DNA of 64,000 bases from an uncultured Clostridium sp. (lineage in GTDB: Bacteria; Bacillota_I; Bacilli_A; RF39; UBA660). The stretch spans positions 12,879 to 76,878 of the forward strand of contig CAMIWC010000003.1 of the NCBI GenBank assembly GCA_946402315.1. The letters run 5' to 3'. Positions 1 through 10,990 of this stretch are shown here, piece by piece; within the stretch, counting starts at the first letter, position 1, and every line of letters begins with the position of its first letter. A program made the translations under genes and the position numbers. The notes under the pieces are model-generated. The model did no database searches. It was not told the origin of the DNA and saw only the letters and a program-made list of their open reading frames with translations.

Positions 1-2
1 TT

Positions 3-575
3 AAAAAGAATAATAAGAATCAATATACATATATATCAGGAGATATAGAAAATATAGTAGATGAGAATAATGTTGTAAAAAGAGATTTAGAAAAAATAGT
101 TTCAGAAGTTGCTACTAGACAAATAACTCAAGGAGCACCTTTTGATGTATATTTTGCTTCTCATCATGGATATAATAGCGCTAATACCGAAGGAGCATTA
201 GGACATGATAATGTAGATGGTACAATTAGCTTTAAAAATGTAATAGTACCTAACAATATTACTTATTTATGTGCATCAGTACCAAAAACAGGAGCAACAG
301 GAATAGCAAATATTTATAATAATCTTAGTAGAACTAATAAGAAAGAAGATAATGATATATATTTTTCTGGAGAAAGAGCTGTAATTGTATCGTATACAAA
401 ATCAGGAGTTAAAATTAATGGAGGTACAGTACTTAAGTGTAAAGGTAATAATAAAACAAATTCTTGTGCTACACCTGTAAGTGCAAGACAAACAGTCGTT
501 AATTTAGCTAAAGAAGTTCATCCAGAACAAAAGGATAAATGTCTTAAAAAGGAATCAATAATAGAAGATAAGTAA
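3..575 (+). CDS. C-terminal part of MBL-fold (ComEC/Rec2-like) hydrolase, 5' truncated by window edge
   Basis: Open frame from base 3 to TAA 573-575, read manually; contains DVYFASHHG, resembling the ComEC-type MBL 'xxHHG' motif. Confidence 0.55.
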   Translation, partial: KKNNKNQYTYISGDIENIVDENNVVKRDLEKIVSEVATRQITQGAPFDVYFASHHGYNSANTEGALGHDNVDGTISFKNVIVPNNITYLCASVPKTGATGIANIYNNLSRTNKKEDNDIYFSGERAVIVSYTKSGVKINGGTVLKCKGNNKTNSCATPVSARQTVVNLAKEVHPEQKDKCLKKESIIEDK

Positions 576-589
576 TAACTTATCTTTTT
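565..589 (+). terminator. Intrinsic terminator
   Basis: AAGATAAGT-AATA-ACTTATCTT followed by a T run. Confidence 0.7.
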
Positions 590-629
590 ATTTGAATAAT
601 TATTTGATACAATAAATTTGGTGATAAAT

Positions 630-2432
630 ATGGATAAATCTCATATTAGAAATTTCTCAATTATCGCTCATATAGATCATGGTAAAAGTACTTTAGCAGA
701 TAGAATATTAGAAGTAACTGGTGCTGTTAGTTCTAGAGAAGCTAAAGATCAATTACTAGATAGTATGGATATTGAAAGAGAAAGAGGAATTACAATTAAA
801 CTTAATACAGCATCTCTTCATTATACTTATAAAGATGAAGTTTATAATTTGAACTTAATAGATACTCCAGGACATGTAGATTTTTCTTATGAAGTATCAC
901 GTAGTTTAGCTGCTTGTGAAGGAGCTATTTTAATAGTGGATGCTACTCAAGGAATAGAAGCCCAAACTATTGCTAATATGTATCTTGCTATGGAAAATGA
1001 TTTAGCTATTATTCCTGTTATAAATAAGATTGATTTACCTAATGCTGATCCTAATAAAGTAAAAAAAGAAATAGTAAAAGTATTTGGTTATCAAGAAGAA
1101 GATATATTATGTGTCAGTGCTAAAACTGGAGAAGGAGTAAAAGAATTACTAGATCATATAGTTGAAGTTGTTCCTGCTCCAAAAGGAGATAAAAACGATA
1201 AATTACAAATGCTAGTATTTGATAGTATATTTGATTCTTATCGAGGAGTAGTTGTATCTGTTCGTGTAGTAAATGGTACAGTTCATGTAGGAGATACTAT
1301 TGAAATGATGTCTAATGGTAAAACCTATGATGTAGTAGAAATAATTAGACATACTCCAAAAGAAGAAAAACTAAATGAATTACATGCAGGAGAAGTTGGT
1401 TTTATAAGTGCGGCTATAAAAGATATAAGTGATATCTCAGTAGGTGATACTATAACTAACTTTAAAGATAAAGCAACTTCTAAACTTCCAGGATATAGAC
1501 CAATGAAATCAATGGTGTTCTGTGGATTATTTCCAATTGAATCAAATAAGTTTGAAGATCTAAGAGAAGCGCTTCAAAAATTAAAATTAAATGATGCATC
1601 TTTAGAATTTAGTCCAGAAACTTCAACTGCTTTAGGATTTGGATTTAGATGTGGATTCCTAGGACTATTACATATGGATGTAATAAAAGAAAGAATCACA
1701 AGAGAATTTAATATAGATATTATTACAACTGCACCTTCAGTTATATATGAAGTAGTTATGACTAGTGGTGAAATAATATATATAGATGCACCAAGCAAGA
1801 TGCCTGAAACAACTAAAATAAAAGAAATAAGAGAACCATATATTAAAACAAGTATTTTTACCCCTTCAGAGTACATTGGACCAATAATGGAATTATGCCA
1901 AGAAAAGCGTGGTAACTATGTCAATATGGAATACATAGATGAAACAAGAGTAAATCTTCATTATGAGATACCACTTTCAGAAGTAGTATATGATTTCTTT
2001 GATAAATTAAAAAGTTATACTAAAGGATATGCTTCATTTGATTATGAATTAATTGGTTATTTACCAAGCAACCTAGTAAAGATGGATATCTTATTAAATG
2101 GAGAAGTAATTGATGCACTAAGTATAATTGTCCATAAAGACTTTGCATATAATAGGGGTAAGAGTGTAGTAGAGCATTTAAAAGATGCAATTCCACGACA
2201 ATTATTTGAAGTACCAATACAAGCTGCAATTGGTCATAAGATAATAGCTAGAAGTACTGTTAAAGCTCTTCGTAAAGATGTACTAGCTAAATGTTATGGT
2301 GGAGATGTTACAAGAAAGAGAAAACTACTTGAAAAACAAAAAGAAGGTAAAAAGAAGATGAAACAAATAGGTAGTGTAGAACTTCCTCAAGAAGCATTTA
2401 TGAGTGTTTTATCTGATGATTATAATGAATAG
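630..2432 (+). CDS. lepA: Elongation factor 4 (LepA)
   Basis: [32 protein letters not shown] and C-terminal [21 protein letters not shown]; ATG 630 after GGTGAT. Confidence 0.98.
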   Translation: MDKSHIRNFSIIAHIDHGKSTLADRILEVTGAVSSREAKDQLLDSMDIERERGITIKLNTASLHYTYKDEVYNLNLIDTPGHVDFSYEVSRSLAACEGAILIVDATQGIEAQTIANMYLAMENDLAIIPVINKIDLPNADPNKVKKEIVKVFGYQEEDILCVSAKTGEGVKELLDHIVEVVPAPKGDKNDKLQMLVFDSIFDSYRGVVVSVRVVNGTVHVGDTIEMMSNGKTYDVVEIIRHTPKEEKLNELHAGEVGFISAAIKDISDISVGDTITNFKDKATSKLPGYRPMKSMVFCGLFPIESNKFEDLREALQKLKLNDASLEFSPETSTALGFGFRCGFLGLLHMDVIKERITREFNIDIITTAPSVIYEVVMTSGEIIYIDAPSKMPETTKIKEIREPYIKTSIFTPSEYIGPIMELCQEKRGNYVNMEYIDETRVNLHYEIPLSEVVYDFFDKLKSYTKGYASFDYELIGYLPSNLVKMDILLNGEVIDALSIIVHKDFAYNRGKSVVEHLKDAIPRQLFEVPIQAAIGHKIIARSTVKALRKDVLAKCYGGDVTRKRKLLEKQKEGKKKMKQIGSVELPQEAFMSVLSDDYNE

Positions 2433-2440
2433 AAAGGAGT

Positions 2441-3544
2441 ATGAATATGTATAAATCAATCTATATTCATATTCCTTTTTGTCATAACATTTGTTCTTAT
2501 TGTGATTTCTGTAAGATGTTTTATAACAAGGACTTAGTGGATAGATACTTAGATGAGTTAAAAAATGAATATGAATCTTTAAAAGAAGATAATATGATAG
2601 ATACAATCTATATTGGAGGAGGTACTCCTTCTAGTTTAAGTATGCAAGAGTTAGATAAATTATTTTCTATTTTTAAAGATATAGAACTAAGTACTAATTA
2701 TGAATTCACTTTTGAAATAAATCCAGAAGACATAACAGAAGAACTATTACAAAAATTAAAAGAAAACAAAGTAAATCGTATCAGTATAGGTATCGAAACT
2801 ATTAATGATAAGTTTTATAAGTTCTTAAACAGGTACAATAACAAAGAAGAATTATTAGAAAAGATAAATATATGTAAAAAGTACTTTAATAATATAAATA
2901 TCGATTTAATATATGCTTTTCCTAAAGAAACTATTAATGATTTGAAAAATGACTTAGATTTCTTTAAATTATTAGATGTAACTCATATATCTACATATTC
3001 TCTTATTATTGAAGATAATACTGTTATAGGTATAAATAATACTAAGTCTATATCAGAAGAATTAGATCGTGAAATGTATGATTATATTATTAATTACTTA
3101 GAAGATAATAATTACAATCATTATGAAATAAGTAATTTTTCTAAAGAAGGATATGAGTCTAAACATAATCTTACATATTGGAATAATGAAACATATTTAG
3201 GAATAGGTTTAGGTGCTTCAGGATATCTTAATAAAGTTCGTTATACTAATACTAGAAGTATAAATAAGTATCTAGATGGAGATTATATTTATGAAAAAGA
3301 AAAAGTGTCTACTAGACAGCAAGAAGAATATGAGATAATTCTAGGGCTTAGACAAGTAAAAGGTATAGAAAAAAATAAATTTTTTACTAAATATGGTGTA
3401 CATATAGAGGATGAATTTGATATATTAAATCTAGTGGATAAAAAATTAATTGAAGATAAAGATGGATATATTAGAATACCTAAAGATAAACTGTATATTG
3501 AGAATCAAATATTAATTAATTTTATAGGAGATAATGATGAATAA
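2441..3544 (+). CDS. hemW: Radical SAM heme chaperone HemW (HemN-like)
   Basis: YIHIPFCHNICSYCDF (CxxxCxxC), YIGGGTPS, YEISNF, HNLTYW; follows lepA as is typical. Confidence 0.9.
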   Translation: MNMYKSIYIHIPFCHNICSYCDFCKMFYNKDLVDRYLDELKNEYESLKEDNMIDTIYIGGGTPSSLSMQELDKLFSIFKDIELSTNYEFTFEINPEDITEELLQKLKENKVNRISIGIETINDKFYKFLNRYNNKEELLEKINICKKYFNNINIDLIYAFPKETINDLKNDLDFFKLLDVTHISTYSLIIEDNTVIGINNTKSISEELDREMYDYIINYLEDNNYNHYEISNFSKEGYESKHNLTYWNNETYLGIGLGASGYLNKVRYTNTRSINKYLDGDYIYEKEKVSTRQQEEYEIILGLRQVKGIEKNKFFTKYGVHIEDEFDILNLVDKKLIEDKDGYIRIPKDKLYIENQILINFIGDNDE

Positions 3545-4118
3545 AGTAGATTATTTTAAAAAAGAAATATCTTATATAAAAAATAATACCTTTAAAAAAG
3601 ATTTAAAACTTTTAATAGAAGGTATTCCTGATTATTTCTTTAGTATTCCAGCATCATCTACTGGTAAGTATCATCCTGAGTATACTACTGGTGAAGGAGG
3701 ATTGCTTCGTCATACCAAAGTAGTAACACGTATAGCTTATGATTTATTATCAAACCCATCTATTGGAAATAAATATACAAAAGAAGAAAAAGATTTAATG
3801 ATTATAGCATGTATTTTACATGATGGATTTAAATCTGGGGTAAATAAGGAACAATATACTAGATATGATCATCCTTTGATAGCAGCTAAGTATATTCGTG
3901 ATAGAAAAGAAGAATTAAGTATGAGTGAAGAAAACAATGAATTAATTGCATCTTGTATTGAAACTCATATGGGGCCTTGGACAACAGACTATAATGGAGT
4001 AGAGGTACTTAGTCCTCCAAAGACTAAATATCAAAACTTTGTTCATATGTGTGATTTCCTAGCAAGTAGAAAATTTTTATCAGTAAAATTTGATGAAGAA
4101 AATAATATTATTGATTAG
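3534..4118 (+). CDS. HD-domain phosphohydrolase
   Basis: ASSTGKYHP...GGLLRHT...ILHD...HMG...VHMCD. Confidence 0.85.
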   Translation: MMNKVDYFKKEISYIKNNTFKKDLKLLIEGIPDYFFSIPASSTGKYHPEYTTGEGGLLRHTKVVTRIAYDLLSNPSIGNKYTKEEKDLMIIACILHDGFKSGVNKEQYTRYDHPLIAAKYIRDRKEELSMSEENNELIASCIETHMGPWTTDYNGVEVLSPPKTKYQNFVHMCDFLASRKFLSVKFDEENNIID

Positions 4119-4126
4119 GAGGTTTT

Positions 4127-5326
4127 ATGAAATTATCAAATTTAAAAATTAAATTACTTGAAACTACACCATTTTTAAAAGAAGATGGTACATTTGATTT
4201 AAAACGTGCAATGGATTTCTCAGGAAAGGTAGGAGGAATTTGCTATAACGAAGATGGACTAATGGCATCTTTTGATGAACCACAAGAAAAAACAGATAAT
4301 AGAATTGCTAGTACTACTTCTAATGAACACCAAAGTGTATTTGAACATGTTAATATTGGGATGTATTTAAAAGATGCTTCAAAGATGCTTATTATGGTAT
4401 TAAACTGTGAACATCAATACGCTACAAGCGAAAGAAGTATGAGATACACTCCAATTAAAGAAGTTGCCTCAAATTTATCACCTGAAGAAATAGCTTTATA
4501 TAATAAATGGTATGAAATATTATTAAATAGAATTACTGCTGCTTATGGAGGTGTTTTAAAACCATTTAAGATTAAAACACTTGCTAAAGAAAATGCAAGA
4601 TATATGGCTTCAGTATTTTTAAATACTGAAATGTTACATACTATTCCTTTAGCTCAATTAAATAGAATAGTTGCTTATATGAAAGATTTTATGGCCAAAG
4701 AAGATAAGGATGATTTTGAAACTAGATTATCTCAAGACTTTGAAATGTTTATTGGAGAATGTTCTAGATTAAATCTTTTAGATGAAAGATTACAATCTAA
4801 CAGAAAACATAGAAAACTTGCTATATTTGGTGAAGATTTAGATAGTATTCCTGAAGAATTTGGGGTTACTTATTCAACAAACTATGTTGGATCATTTGTA
4901 GAATTTGCTCAAGCAGAAAGACATCGTAAAGGAGAATATCAATTAGAAAGAAATCCAGAAAACGGATTCTTTGTACCACCAATCATTGCTGATGATCCTG
5001 AATTAAAAGATGAATGGTTAAGAGATATGGAAAGTGTTAGAAAGTATTTCCCACAAGGAGAATTAGTTACAATTAATGAAAGAGGAAGTTTTGATACTTT
5101 TATTATGAAATTAAAAGAAAGAGATTGTTCAGCTGCTCAACTTGAAATATTTAGACAATCTAATGATACTAAACAAAAATATTATGATGCTTTAGCAGAA
5201 AAAGATCATCCGTTTGTTAAAAAGTTAGAGCCATACATGCATGGTAGAAGATGCTCATATTCTGACTTTGATTGTCCAAATCCATGTGGATTTAAAGAAG
5301 GAATAGACGGTAGTAGACGAGTATAG
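4127..5326 (+). CDS. thyX: Flavin-dependent thymidylate synthase, tandem two-domain form
   Basis: HQSVFEH, SERSMRY, AKENARY in the first half; QAERHR and KERDCSAAQLEI in the second half; directly upstream of tmk. Confidence 0.75.
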   Translation: MKLSNLKIKLLETTPFLKEDGTFDLKRAMDFSGKVGGICYNEDGLMASFDEPQEKTDNRIASTTSNEHQSVFEHVNIGMYLKDASKMLIMVLNCEHQYATSERSMRYTPIKEVASNLSPEEIALYNKWYEILLNRITAAYGGVLKPFKIKTLAKENARYMASVFLNTEMLHTIPLAQLNRIVAYMKDFMAKEDKDDFETRLSQDFEMFIGECSRLNLLDERLQSNRKHRKLAIFGEDLDSIPEEFGVTYSTNYVGSFVEFAQAERHRKGEYQLERNPENGFFVPPIIADDPELKDEWLRDMESVRKYFPQGELVTINERGSFDTFIMKLKERDCSAAQLEIFRQSNDTKQKYYDALAEKDHPFVKKLEPYMHGRRCSYSDFDCPNPCGFKEGIDGSRRV

Positions 5327-5342
5327 TTAATTGGAGACTAAA

Positions 5343-6008
5343 ATGAGAGGTAAATTGATTGTTATAGAAGGAACTGATTGTTCTGGTAAAGAGACTCAAT
5401 CTAAATTATTAGTTGAGAATTTAAAAAAAGAAGGTATTAAAGTGTTTGAAATGGGATTTCCTAGATATGATACTCCTACTGGTAAGATAGTAGGGGGATG
5501 TTATTTAGGTAAACCAGAAATATGTCCTTCATACTTTACAGAAGGTGCTACTAATGTTGATCCTAAGGTTGCATGTCTATATTATGCAGCTGATAGAAAG
5601 TATAATATGACTGAAGCTATGGAATATCTTGAAAAAGGATATTATGTAATACTTGATCGTTATACTACATCTAATATGGGTCATCAAGGTGGTAAACTTC
5701 ATGATAAAGAAGAACGTTTCAATATGTATCAATGGATTGATAGATTAGAATACTGGTTACTTGAATTACCTAAACCAGATATAACTATATTTTTACATAT
5801 GCCATATGAGTATTCTCTTGAACTTAAAAAGAATAGAGAACATTTAGATGAACATGAGAAATCTCCAGAACATCTAAAGAATGCTGAAACTGCTTATATT
5901 GAATTAAGTGAGTTATATAACTGGAAAACTATAGAATGTGTTTCTGATGGAAAAATTAAATCTATCGAAGACGTATCTAAAGAAGTACTTAAATTAGTAA
6001 AAGAATAA
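5343..6008 (+). CDS. tmk: Thymidylate kinase
   Basis: LIVIEGTDCSGKETQ P-loop, LDRY, LPKPDITIFL; ATG 5343 after GGAG. Confidence 0.9.
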   Translation: MRGKLIVIEGTDCSGKETQSKLLVENLKKEGIKVFEMGFPRYDTPTGKIVGGCYLGKPEICPSYFTEGATNVDPKVACLYYAADRKYNMTEAMEYLEKGYYVILDRYTTSNMGHQGGKLHDKEERFNMYQWIDRLEYWLLELPKPDITIFLHMPYEYSLELKKNREHLDEHEKSPEHLKNAETAYIELSELYNWKTIECVSDGKIKSIEDVSKEVLKLVKE

Positions 6009-6066
6009 GACCTTATGGTCTTTTTTTTATTTAAATAAAAAAGTTAGGAGTTTATCCTAACTTTTT
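6007..6066. terminator. Two back-to-back terminator hairpins between convergent genes
   Basis: AAGACC-TTAT-GGTCTT(T)n at 6007-6028; AAAAAGTTAGGA-GTTTA-TCCTAACTTTTT at 6038-6066. Confidence 0.75.
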
Positions 6067-7948
6067 AATAGTATTCATCATCTTCTGGATCATATTCCAT
6101 TGGAAGATTTACATCTTTTTCTTTTTCTAATTCATCTAGTATTTCTTTTTTTCTTTCTGTTTTAATTGTATCTTCTACGATATCTTCAATAGTAGGTCCT
6201 TCATTAGAGTAGGCATCAATTATATCGAATAGTTCTTTATAATTAAATTCAACATTACTTAAATCCATTATATATTGATTATTTAATAGATCATCTTCTG
6301 GTGTACCACCTAAGACATTAGCTAATGTATTGTTTTCAACTAATTCTAATTCTTGACCTTCTTCATTTATAATATCTGGAATCTTTGTTAGATTATCCAT
6401 AAAGTTATTTAAGCTATAGTTTTCAGCCATCTTTCTAGCTTCCATTTCTTCTCGTTCTTCTTCGATAGTCTTTTCTTCTTCTTCACGAAGTACTTTATTT
6501 TCTTCGAATAAGAATTTTAAGAAGTTTGGATCACTATGTTCAAGGTCTTTATTAAATAACTTAAAGATTCTATCATGAACAATAATATCAGTATTAAGAG
6601 TAGGTAAGTCATTTTCATCTTTAACATCGATATCGATAATATCAATTTCATCATCGAAGACATCATCGAAGTTGTTCCAGTCAATTTCTTCAGCATCATC
6701 TTCAAATCCAAATGCATCTACATCTTCCATACCAATATCACTACGAATTTCATTGTCTAAGTCAACATCGATATCAACAACACGATAAATTTCTTGGAAT
6801 GTTGTAAATCCTAGTAATACTTTTTCTAGAGCATCTTGAAGTAGTGTAGTAGTATCTTCTCTTGCATATACTTCTTCACGTAATTGTTCTTTATCAACTG
6901 ATTCATCAGCAATCTTATCACGTAATCTTTCAGATATATATAATACTTCATGTAAAGCAATACGTCCTGTAAATCCTTTGAAACAATTATCACATCCGAC
7001 TGGTTCATATATTTCTTTAACTTTTTTATGAAGGACACGGGCAAACATATGTCTTTCATATTTAGTAGTTCTTCTTAATCTTTTACATTTAGGACAAAGT
7101 GTTCTAGCTAACTTTTGAGAAATGATACCAGTAACAGAAGTAGCAATCATGTATCTTTCTACACCCATGTCTATCAAACGTTCAATAGTTGCTAAAGAGT
7201 TATTGGTGTGGATAGTAGATAAAACTAAGTGTCCTGTAATAGAAGCACGAACAGCTATTTGAGCAGTTTCTTCGTCACGCATCTCTCCGATAAGTATGAT
7301 ATTAGGGTCTTGACGTAAGATAGAACGTAGAGCAGCAGCAAATGTCATACCGATATCACTATTAACTTGAACTTGGTTGATTCCCTCAATATTCATTTCT
7401 ATTGGGTCTTCAACAGTAATTATATTTGTTTCTTCCGTATTTAAAGCTTGTAACATTGAATAAGTAGTAGTAGATTTACCAGAACCAGTAGCACCTGTAA
7501 CTAGGATGATACCGTTAGGTACAGCTAACATTTTTTCAATCTTTTTAAAGTTCTTAGGTGAAAATCCTAAAGACTCAAGTCCACTTAATCCTTTTTGGAA
7601 GTCCAAAATACGGATAACGCATTTTTCACCTTCATTAGTAGGTAGAATAGATACACGCATATCTAGGTCTCTACCTCCGATACGTCCTTTAATAGCACCA
7701 TCTTGTGGAAGACGAGTTTCTGTAATATTCATCGCAGAAACTAGTTTAATTCTTGTTATTAGGTTCCTTTCATATACTTTAGGAACTAGAGAATGATTAT
7801 GAAGATCTCCATCAAATCTCATTCTAATCATTAGTGCATCTTCTAAAGGGTCGAAGTGAATATCGCTGGCTTTATGTTGAGCTGCATATAATATAATTTG
7901 GTTTACTATGTCTACTATTGGTACTTTCGCGAAATCATACTCTACCAT
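6065..7948 (-). CDS. GspE/PilB/ComGA-family pilus assembly ATPase with long acidic C-terminal extension
   Basis: ASDIHFDP, ETRLPQDG, GATGSGKST Walker A, EDPIE, LRQDPNIILIGEMRD, TGHLVLSTIH, CxxC...CxxC. Confidence 0.92.
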   Translation of the reverse strand: MVEYDFAKVPIVDIVNQIILYAAQHKASDIHFDPLEDALMIRMRFDGDLHNHSLVPKVYERNLITRIKLVSAMNITETRLPQDGAIKGRIGGRDLDMRVSILPTNEGEKCVIRILDFQKGLSGLESLGFSPKNFKKIEKMLAVPNGIILVTGATGSGKSTTTYSMLQALNTEETNIITVEDPIEMNIEGINQVQVNSDIGMTFAAALRSILRQDPNIILIGEMRDEETAQIAVRASITGHLVLSTIHTNNSLATIERLIDMGVERYMIATSVTGIISQKLARTLCPKCKRLRRTTKYERHMFARVLHKKVKEIYEPVGCDNCFKGFTGRIALHEVLYISERLRDKIADESVDKEQLREEVYAREDTTTLLQDALEKVLLGFTTFQEIYRVVDIDVDLDNEIRSDIGMEDVDAFGFEDDAEEIDWNNFDDVFDDEIDIIDIDVKDENDLPTLNTDIIVHDRIFKLFNKDLEHSDPNFLKFLFEENKVLREEEEKTIEEEREEMEARKMAENYSLNNFMDNLTKIPDIINEEGQELELVENNTLANVLGGTPEDDLLNNQYIMDLSNVEFNYKELFDIIDAYSNEGPTIEDIVEDTIKTERKKEILDELEKEKDVNLPMEYDPEDDEYY

Positions 7949-8052
7949 ACATTTTGCCCCTTTTTAAACTTAGTCTAAACTTAGTCTAGTTTTTTATTCT
8001 AATTTATTATATAATACTTTTGTAATATAATCAATAAAGGTTAGTGATAAAA

Positions 8053-8628
8053 ATGAAAATTAATAATAAAGAGGGGTTTGTTTTAGCAGAAGCAATAGTA
8101 GTAGGAGTATTTATATTAACATTATTTACTTTCTTATTTATTAACATCGTTCCTTTAGTAGGTAAATATGACTCTATAAAACAATATGATACTGTTGAAG
8201 GAGTATATAATACTAATCTAATTAAAATGATGATTCTAGAATATGATGATGATAATAGATTCCTTGGTTCTGTAGATTCTACTCATCCATACGATATTTA
8301 TGACGCAAATGGTTTTTGTCACGAAGTTAGTTGTTCTATTAGTGCATGTCAAAGAATAGAGTATTGTTATAAATTACTTTCTCATACATATATTGACGTT
8401 AAATCTATAATTATAACTAGATATAGATTAGGTACAGAATCAGGAACTCATAATGGTACTATTAAATATCAAATAAAATCTAATGGAGATTTTACTAGAG
8501 CTCAAAGAGAATATATTTTAAGCCTAGATAATTATACACAACCAGCCGGAAACTATTATGATAACTATCATAGAATTATAGTTGAATATGCTGATGGTAG
8601 TTTTGCTAATCTAGAAATAAAGAAGTAA
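8053..8628 (+). CDS. Prepilin-type (type IV pilin-like) protein
   Basis: KEG|FVLAE class III signal peptide with Glu+5 followed by a hydrophobic helix. Confidence 0.8.
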   Translation: MKINNKEGFVLAEAIVVGVFILTLFTFLFINIVPLVGKYDSIKQYDTVEGVYNTNLIKMMILEYDDDNRFLGSVDSTHPYDIYDANGFCHEVSCSISACQRIEYCYKLLSHTYIDVKSIIITRYRLGTESGTHNGTIKYQIKSNGDFTRAQREYILSLDNYTQPAGNYYDNYHRIIVEYADGSFANLEIKK

Positions 8629-8639
8629 AGGGGTATAAT

Positions 8640-9902
8640 ATGAAAGTACTTAAAGATCAAAGTGGATTTACTATTATTGAATTGATACTTAGCTTTGTAT
8701 TTGTATTTACTATTGCTTTTTCTATGTATCAATTAGTATTTAATTATCGTGAAAAAAGGGATCAAGAAGCTATATATGCTACTATGACTGATTATAAGAA
8801 TGAAGTAGTATTAGCTATTCAAAGAGATTTAAATGATAGAGTTCTTAAAAGTATTGATTACTGTACTACTAACTCAGTACTAATACCTAGATGTTTAGTT
8901 CTATATTTTAATGATGGTACAAGTAAACAATTATCTGTAGAAACAGAACAAATTGAATATGATGGAGAATTAATTGATTCAGACTATATTAAATATGGAA
9001 ATGTAAATTATAAGAATGATGAAGCATTTTTAGTAGAGTTTAAAGCTAATTATATGTTATACAAAGTTCCTGAAGAAGAAATTAAAAGAAATAGAACTAT
9101 CTATAAAATAGCTATCCCTATTTATCATAATGATTTAGGAGATGAAGATTTTGGTATCTATATTGTCGCTGTTGGATTTAATTATAACAGTGCTACTGTA
9201 GATGGAGATGGAACTAGTGGAACATCTACACTTCCTGTATGGAGTAGTGAAGGTAGAACATTTTCTGCTGATAATCATACAAAATGTACTACTAGAGTTT
9301 TCTCGCATAATGATATATCTAGTCAAGTAATGATTGTTAGATTTAGAATAAATGATTTAGATAAATCAAAAGGTAGTCGTATTATGAGTAATATGAATAA
9401 TAATGGTTCTGCTTTATTTATTAATTCGTCTGGTAAGCTATGTTATGGAGCTTATACTTTAAGTACATTTAGTTCAAAACCAGTAGTCAAAACGGTATGT
9501 ACTTCATCTACTTTAGTTGAAGGAAAATGGTATAATATTGAAGCTGGATTTACAAAAACTGACCCAGGATACAATTTTTCTATTTATGGTCAAAGAGAAG
9601 ATGGAACAAATCTTGGTATAGTAATTACTTCATCCCAAAATAATGACTATAGAATAGCTGGATCTCATATGAATTACTCTATAGGTGCTGAGCCAGGAAA
9701 TGCTATTAATCTAGGATATTTTGATGGAACTATTCAAGATATTGCTTTATATAATGGAGTTGCTCCTAATTCTAATAATGCTAGAAATCTAGGTACTGGA
9801 AGTATTAACACAAAAATTGAACAAATCTATGGAACTGAAAAGAGAGTATTCCATTATGATTTTACAGATAACTCTGTATATGCAACCTATTGTTTAGAAT
9901 AA
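8640..9902 (+). CDS. Prepilin-type protein with C-terminal LamG/concanavalin-like domain
   Basis: QSG|FTIIE cleavage motif; C-terminal beta-rich segment with GKWYNI...YFDGTIQDIALYN resembling LamG. Confidence 0.75.
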   Translation: MKVLKDQSGFTIIELILSFVFVFTIAFSMYQLVFNYREKRDQEAIYATMTDYKNEVVLAIQRDLNDRVLKSIDYCTTNSVLIPRCLVLYFNDGTSKQLSVETEQIEYDGELIDSDYIKYGNVNYKNDEAFLVEFKANYMLYKVPEEEIKRNRTIYKIAIPIYHNDLGDEDFGIYIVAVGFNYNSATVDGDGTSGTSTLPVWSSEGRTFSADNHTKCTTRVFSHNDISSQVMIVRFRINDLDKSKGSRIMSNMNNNGSALFINSSGKLCYGAYTLSTFSSKPVVKTVCTSSTLVEGKWYNIEAGFTKTDPGYNFSIYGQREDGTNLGIVITSSQNNDYRIAGSHMNYSIGAEPGNAINLGYFDGTIQDIALYNGVAPNSNNARNLGTGSINTKIEQIYGTEKRVFHYDFTDNSVYATYCLE

Positions 9903-9954
9903 GAATACTAATGTATTCTTTTTTTATTTTTGTTATAATTATTTTGGTGGTCTT

Positions 9955-10983
9955 ATGAAAAGAATTAAAAGAATTAAAAATGCTATAATGCAATTTGTTG
10001 ATGAAAATATAAAAGAATTATTATTTATATTTGGTGCATATATAGTTTTATCAACACCATTACCATATTATATCTTAGTTTCTGGTGGAACTATAGAAGT
10101 AGATAATCGTGTTGAAATAAAAGAAGAATATGATACTGAAGGTAGTTTTAATTTAGCTTATGTAGATCAACTACAGGCTACATTACCTACCTATCTCTTA
10201 TCTAAAGTAATTGATTCTTGGACACTTTATAAAATGGAAGATTTTACATATGATTCAGAAGAAGATGCTAAAGATGTAGATGTAAGGGATAAGATTGATT
10301 TAGATAGTGCAATTCAAAATGCTGTAATTAATGCTTATCGAGAATCAGGAAAAGAATTTGTTATAAAGAATACTCATCATTATGTTTATTATGTAGATGA
10401 ACCAATTAAAGATAAAGGATTAGAAGTTGGTGATGAGATAGTTTCTATTAATGGTAAAGAATTTGCTAATATAACTGAATTTAAAGAAGAAATATCTAAA
10501 TTAGAAGTAGGAGATAAAGTAACCTTAAAATATATTAGAAAAGGTAAAGAAAAAATTGTATATTTAAAAGTACGTGAAGAAAATAATAGTAAGATTCTTG
10601 GTCTTATGGTTGTAACTATATATGACTATGAAACAATCCCTGAAATATCTTTTAAATTTGGTAAAAAAGAAGGAGGATCTAGTGGAGGTCTTACTTTAGC
10701 TTTAGCTATTTACAATAAATTAGTTGAGGAAGATATTACTCATGGTTATACAATTGTTGGAACTGGAACTATTGATGAAAATGGAGTAGTAGGGCCAATA
10801 GGTGGAGTTAAATATAAACTAAAAGGTGCCGTAAAAAAGAAGGCAGATATCTTCCTAGTACCTAATGGAGAAAACTATCAAGAAGCTATAAAAGAAAAAG
10901 AAAAACATAATTATAAGATTGATATTATTGGGGTTGATACATTTAGTGATGCTATAAAGAAATTAGAAGAATATAGTAAATAG
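9955..10983 (+). CDS. YlbL-like membrane-anchored PDZ/Lon protease
   Basis: N-terminal TM, PDZ (GLEVGDEIVSING), Lon S16 motifs GGSSGGL and GTGTI...IGGVKYK. Confidence 0.88.
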   Translation: MKRIKRIKNAIMQFVDENIKELLFIFGAYIVLSTPLPYYILVSGGTIEVDNRVEIKEEYDTEGSFNLAYVDQLQATLPTYLLSKVIDSWTLYKMEDFTYDSEEDAKDVDVRDKIDLDSAIQNAVINAYRESGKEFVIKNTHHYVYYVDEPIKDKGLEVGDEIVSINGKEFANITEFKEEISKLEVGDKVTLKYIRKGKEKIVYLKVREENNSKILGLMVVTIYDYETIPEISFKFGKKEGGSSGGLTLALAIYNKLVEEDITHGYTIVGTGTIDENGVVGPIGGVKYKLKGAVKKKADIFLVPNGENYQEAIKEKEKHNYKIDIIGVDTFSDAIKKLEEYSK

Positions 10984-10990
10984 GTGATTT

